A DNA stretch of 57,726 nucleotides, filler included, from Sphacelaria rigidula (lineage: Eukaryota): the NCBI GenBank assembly GCA_964200075.2. It is 7 parts of 7 records of this genome, joined end to end, with 100 filler letters (N's around TTAATTAATTAA, not from the genome) between each part and the next. Parts side by side here need not be neighbours in the genome. Positions count along the whole stretch, not along the records: positions 49,567 to 57,726 come from CAXNAA020012085.1; 6 more parts are not named here. One strand, written 5' to 3'. The notes below the pieces were generated by a model. The model saw only the letters and a program-made list of their open reading frames with translations, searched no databases and was not told the DNA's origin. Within the stretch, counting starts at the first letter, position 1, and the number at the start of each line of letters is the position of its first letter. The position numbers and the translations under genes are program-made. Of this stretch, positions 56,421 to 57,726 are shown one piece after another.

Positions 56421-57726
56421 ATTATCGATGTAACTAACCTAATGTCTTGACGATTCATTTCACCATGCCCTTGCGATTCTTGATCCGGCATTTCAAGCAC
56501 AACTCTCAACACTGACGTGCAAAATCCAAATGAAATGGATGTAGTGCAACGTCTTGAACCTAGTGTAGAATATCAAAACGCCACACCTCTCGATGGACAA
56601 CGAATTAGGTGAAGGTGAGTGTGTCGATCGTTTCTCCGTGCCTCAAGGGATATTGCCACGAAAAATTAGCACCACCTGCTAACTATACTGTGGCAGGTTT
56701 TCGTGTAGACTTTAGTATCGAGATATCTCCGTACGTCACGGGGTTTACTCGACATGGCATTATATCAACGAGATAGCATCTGACCAGGCTGTTGTGTGGA
56801 TGAGCATCTTCCCCTTGATTAGACGATCAACCCTGATACTGCGAACCCCCCTCAGATGGACTCAGATGGACTACGCCACAGTTGGGGTCCAGAACAGCTG
56901 CTTCTTCACTACACAACACGCCTTTTCCCCTGGACATGTGGGTGTTGTGCATATATATAGAAAGCAGTCCCCAAGAGTCCCTGACCGGCTTTCACCCTGC
57001 AGTCAAGTGAGTATAGTCAGGATGTCGTATGTCTTCGCTGGATACAACAGCAAGAAACAGTCAGCGTGCATCGCTCTCTACTGAACAGTCTACTGACTGC
57101 ACGCTTCCGATGTCTTCGCTTGGTGTTCCACAACAGCACTACAGACAGTGTGAAGCTATGCTGGCAACACAGGAAGGGTCAAGCAGGCGGCGAAGACGAT
57201 GAGCAGAGTTAAAAGCAAGGTGTTTGTGCATGTGTATTGAGCAGGCGAAAGGTCATGACCAAAATGACCCAGTACAACGTAACTGCAAGGTATAATATAA
57301 TCGTCTATCTCACTCCATCTGAGATAAATATTCTGCTCTAAAAATGGCCACTTTGCTTCTCTCGGGCCTCGCTCCTAGCTTAGAATATTTCATGGGAAAC
57401 CTCCGAACATGCGAGTTGATTCAGTGAGCCTTTCGGCTGTTCTGCGAACAGGCCGCCATCCCCCTGTCAAAAACCACCTCCCCCCCCCAGATGGTGAGAT
57501 ACCCATGAGGACAGTTTTTACGATAGCCCCCCCCCCAAAAGTGCCTGGGCCCCCGATGGGGTTGGCGTCAGTTGGCGGTGGCGCTAAAAACACGCCACTC
57601 GCTGTTAGCTAGGCAACCAGGTTACTGTTTTTTGCGCGCGCTTGCGTTTTTTTTGCGGTAACCATAATGGTAGTCGAGCTAGATCATATTGTGCGGCGTG
57701 GGAGAACCTCAACTCCGCACAATGAG

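Overview
This is eukaryotic genomic DNA. The intron-rich genes, splice signals and repeat landscape suggest a brown alga or related stramenopile (inference). It is not one locus: seven contigs of 8162, 8161, 8161, 8161, 8161, 8160 and 8160 bp are joined in descending length order by 100-bp N spacers carrying the six-frame-stop linker TTAATTAATTAA, so adjacency across spacers means nothing biologically. Partial spliced genes: a ZC3HC1/NIPA-like C3HC zinc-finger protein, an SLC35A-type nucleotide-sugar transporter, a DCAF8/DCAF6-like WD40 protein, a ~4.4-kb giant terminal exon of an unknown protein, and two exons of a hypothetical protein. The remainder is mostly transposon material: a decayed RTE-type LINE, a second LINE family whose 3' ends abut poly(C), tRNA-derived SINEs, a TTAA-linked train of piggyBac-like MITEs, TA-flanked MITEs, foldbacks, and spliced remnants of a KDZ-like transposase and a Helitron Rep. 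I found no CRISPR array, rRNA or bona fide tRNA. All assignments come from manual reading; no searches were run.
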